Source of the DNA: Arcobacter sp.
Lineage (GTDB): Bacteria > Campylobacterota > Campylobacteria > Campylobacterales > Arcobacteraceae
Length of the DNA stretch: 10,237 nucleotides
NCBI GenBank assembly: GCA_965662175.1
Contig: CBFIGT010000081.1
Coordinates: 1-10,237 of the forward strand
Reading direction: 5' to 3'
Shown: positions 8,344 through 10,237 of the stretch, in pieces
Position numbering within the stretch: the stretch's first letter is position 1
Layout: each line of letters begins with the position of its first letter
Notes under the pieces: generated by a model
Told to the model about the DNA's origin: nothing
The model's input: only the letters and a program-made list of their open reading frames with translations
Database searches by the model: none
Position numbers and translations under genes: made by a program

Positions 8344-8787
8344 TTACTCATATATAACTTTTCTTATTCTATCATTTGTATCTATTTTTACTTGGTCATA
8401 TTTTTTTTGGTAAGTTATTTTTTCTTCATTTGAAATTGGAGTTCTAATTGATTTATATTCAACTACTTTACCATCTTTTTTAACAGCACTAACTTCAGCC
8501 CAAACCCAATAAAAACCTTTGTCTTTACGTAGGTTTTTTATGGCACCTGACCAACTTTTACCATTGTTTAAACTATCCCAAAGCTCTTGAAATATAACTT
8601 TGGGCATATCAGGATGTCTTACAATATTATGGTTCTTTCCAACAAGCTCTTCAATCTTATATCCACTAATCAGAGCAAAAAGCTCATTTGCATATGTTAT
8701 TTCACCCTTTAGATTAGTTCTAGAAACTATTAATTCATCTTTTGGAACAATTGTTTCATATAGAAATTCACTTTGATTATATTCCAT
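8344..8787 (-). CDS. Stand-alone Aer-type PAS protein at the end of the nap operon
   Basis: ET.VP.DELIVSRTNLKGEITYANELF..ISGY...ELVGKNHNIVRHPDMP...LW...WSGAIKNLRKDKGFYWV. Starts 1 nt after the napD stop. Confidence 0.9.
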   Translation of the reverse strand: MEYNQSEFLYETIVPKDELIVSRTNLKGEITYANELFALISGYKIEELVGKNHNIVRHPDMPKVIFQELWDSLNNGKSWSGAIKNLRKDKGFYWVWAEVSAVKKDGKVVEYKSIRTPISNEEKITYQKKYDQVKIDTNDRIRKVIYE

Positions 8788-8788
8788 A

Positions 8789-9175
8789 TTATTTCTCTTT
8801 TTCTTCTAAATGTTTAGCAAAGCCATAAATATCTTTTTTCTTTAAGTCTCCATGATAAACGATTTTACTAGGGTCAACATCTTCATCATTTAACATTTTA
8901 GGAACTGCATCTGCATTTTTTAATACATCAATATTTTGATCCAATTCATCTTCACTATAAGCCATTTGCATATCAGCACTTATTACATGTGGAATTGCTT
9001 CTATCACTCTTAATTTTTCTAACTCTTCATTTACATTAGAACCCTCAATTGTAATAATAATTCGACCTTTTTCATCATGCATATGATAATCACACGCTTC
9101 ACAATTTTTCAAATCTAAAACAACTTGGTCTAAATATTTTGGTACCGTTTGTACTACAATACTTGAAATGTTCAT
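8789..9175 (-). CDS. napD: Periplasmic nitrate reductase chaperone NapD
   Basis: MNISSIVVQT...DEKGRIIITIEG...IEAIPHVISADMQMAYSE. Its position after napF-napL matches the Campylobacterota napAGHBFLD order. Confidence 0.93.
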   Translation of the reverse strand: MNISSIVVQTVPKYLDQVVLDLKNCEACDYHMHDEKGRIIITIEGSNVNEELEKLRVIEAIPHVISADMQMAYSEDELDQNIDVLKNADAVPKMLNDEDVDPSKIVYHGDLKKKDIYGFAKHLEEKEK

Positions 9176-9176
9176 T

Positions 9177-10130
9177 TTAATCCTTTAATTTATAATAATT
9201 TATATTCTTGTCATCACTTGATACTAAAATCTCATTATCATTAATAAATATAATTTTAGTAAGAGTCATATTATTGCCTGTAAGTTTAATTAAATCTTTT
9301 TTTGTAATCGTATCAAAGATAGTTACATCATTGTTTTCATTTGATGAATAAGCAGCTAATGTTGCCTTATCATTTAAAGCACAACTATAAATCAAAAAAT
9401 TTGATTCTTTAAAATAGCTTTTATTATCTATATAAAATACAGAACGTCTATCTTGTCCTGCTGTTAAAATTTTTCCATTTTTAAAATCTGTTTGGAAAAC
9501 ATTATCTAGATTTTGATTTTTGTACTCTTTTAAAAGTTCACCATTTTGAGTATTTAAAAGTTTTAAATTTCCACTCTCATCTGCAATTATAATTTTTTGT
9601 TTATTTTCATTTAATGTAAAATAAGAAAATTTTGATTGACTAATTTGTTTATAATAGATATTTTTCTTTTTTTCAATATCATATAAAAATATTTGATTAC
9701 TTAAAAGAGAGTATATAATTCTATTTTTATCTAAAAATTTAGCTCGTGCAATGAAAACTCTTTTTGTATCAGGAATTATAGTTGTAAGTTTTTCATTTTC
9801 ATATATAAAGATATTTCTTCCACCTTTTTCACCTTGGGAAAGAATTAAAACTTTTTCACCAATAACATCAACCGAATAAACTTTACTATTTATAACATCA
9901 CCCATAAAATCTTTTATTTTAGGTAATAAAATTCTACTTTCTAACTCTTTTGTAGATAAATTAAAAATATCAACACTACTTGCAGTTGTTCCAGCATAAA
10001 GTTTGTTATTTTGGATTACTAAATCAGTTACTCCACCACTTGCCATAATTTTGTAAGTTGGTGTAAGAGTTACAGCTTTTAATGAACTTAGTAAAAAAAA
10101 TAGTAAAAAAAATAGTTTTAAAAATTTCAT
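9177..10130 (-). CDS. napL: NapL, periplasmic WD40/beta-propeller nitrate reductase accessory protein
   Basis: 317 aa with a Sec-type signal peptide (MKFLKLFFLLFFLLSSLKA), LPKIKDFMGD...KVYSVD, DESG, N.DNVF, TAGQDRR and FLIYS motifs. Lies between napF and napD. Confidence 0.88.
   Translation of the reverse strand: MKFLKLFFLLFFLLSSLKAVTLTPTYKIMASGGVTDLVIQNNKLYAGTTASSVDIFNLSTKELESRILLPKIKDFMGDVINSKVYSVDVIGEKVLILSQGEKGGRNIFIYENEKLTTIIPDTKRVFIARAKFLDKNRIIYSLLSNQIFLYDIEKKKNIYYKQISQSKFSYFTLNENKQKIIIADESGNLKLLNTQNGELLKEYKNQNLDNVFQTDFKNGKILTAGQDRRSVFYIDNKSYFKESNFLIYSCALNDKATLAAYSSNENNDVTIFDTITKKDLIKLTGNNMTLTKIIFINDNEILVSSDDKNINYYKLKD
10089..10116. repeat. 12-bp tandem repeat (TAGTAAAAAAAA x2.3) in the napL signal-peptide coding region
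   Basis: TAGT-A8-TAGT-A8-TAGT, encoding LFFL-LFFL on the minus strand. Confidence 0.7.
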
Positions 10131-10131
10131 A

Positions 10132-10237
10132 TCATACCACCTTTATTGCATCTGTTGGGCAAACTTTTAAACAAAACCCACATGAAGTACAGTTTTGAGT
10201 TATTTGGGGTCTAAACATACCAAGAAATTCAATGGCA
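10132..10237 (-). CDS. napF: 3' end of ferredoxin-type protein NapF (5' part outside the window)
   Basis: Translated by hand: ...AIEFLGMFRPQITQNCTSCGFCLKVCPTDAIKVV*. It has a CxxCxxCxxxCP [4Fe-4S] motif, and its stop lies 1 nt before the napL ATG. Confidence 0.88.
   Translation of the reverse strand, partial: AIEFLGMFRPQITQNCTSCGFCLKVCPTDAIKVV

Noticed and set aside
8789..8950. NapD C-terminal extension as a novelty
   Set aside because: Campylobacterota NapD proteins are commonly longer than E. coli NapD; nothing distinctive is visible.
1..10237. CRISPR arrays, tRNA/rRNA genes, IS elements, T-box leader before serS
   Set aside because: No repeat-spacer array, cloverleaf, transposase ORF or long structured leader seen; the predicted serS leader is only about 20 nt.

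Overview
Very AT-rich window whose gene content, gene order and promoter style point to Campylobacterota, probably Arcobacteraceae (inference). The left edge holds the 5' part of nrfH (minus strand) behind a Crp/Fnr(Nss)-type box. The right edge holds the tail of a nap operon (napF'-napL-napD, minus strand), extended by a stand-alone Aer-type PAS gene. Between them lie serS, an unannotated 5'-truncated DUF2071/YqjF-like remnant, a DCC/DUF393 gene and a signalling cluster. The cluster has a CheY-like receiver, a divergent split PAS + soluble MCP pair (CetB/CetA-like) and an unusual 1087-aa membrane protein: TM, degenerate NIT-like sensor, TM, Aer-type PAS, second PAS-like segment, HPt, CheA-type ATPase and a CheX/CheC-like tail, with no recognisable CheW domain. 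The best candidate for an undescribed system is this receptor-kinase-phosphatase fusion with its CheY, which may link nitrate/nitrite and redox sensing to nitrate respiration or taxis. All domain calls come from motif recognition by eye, with no database searches.
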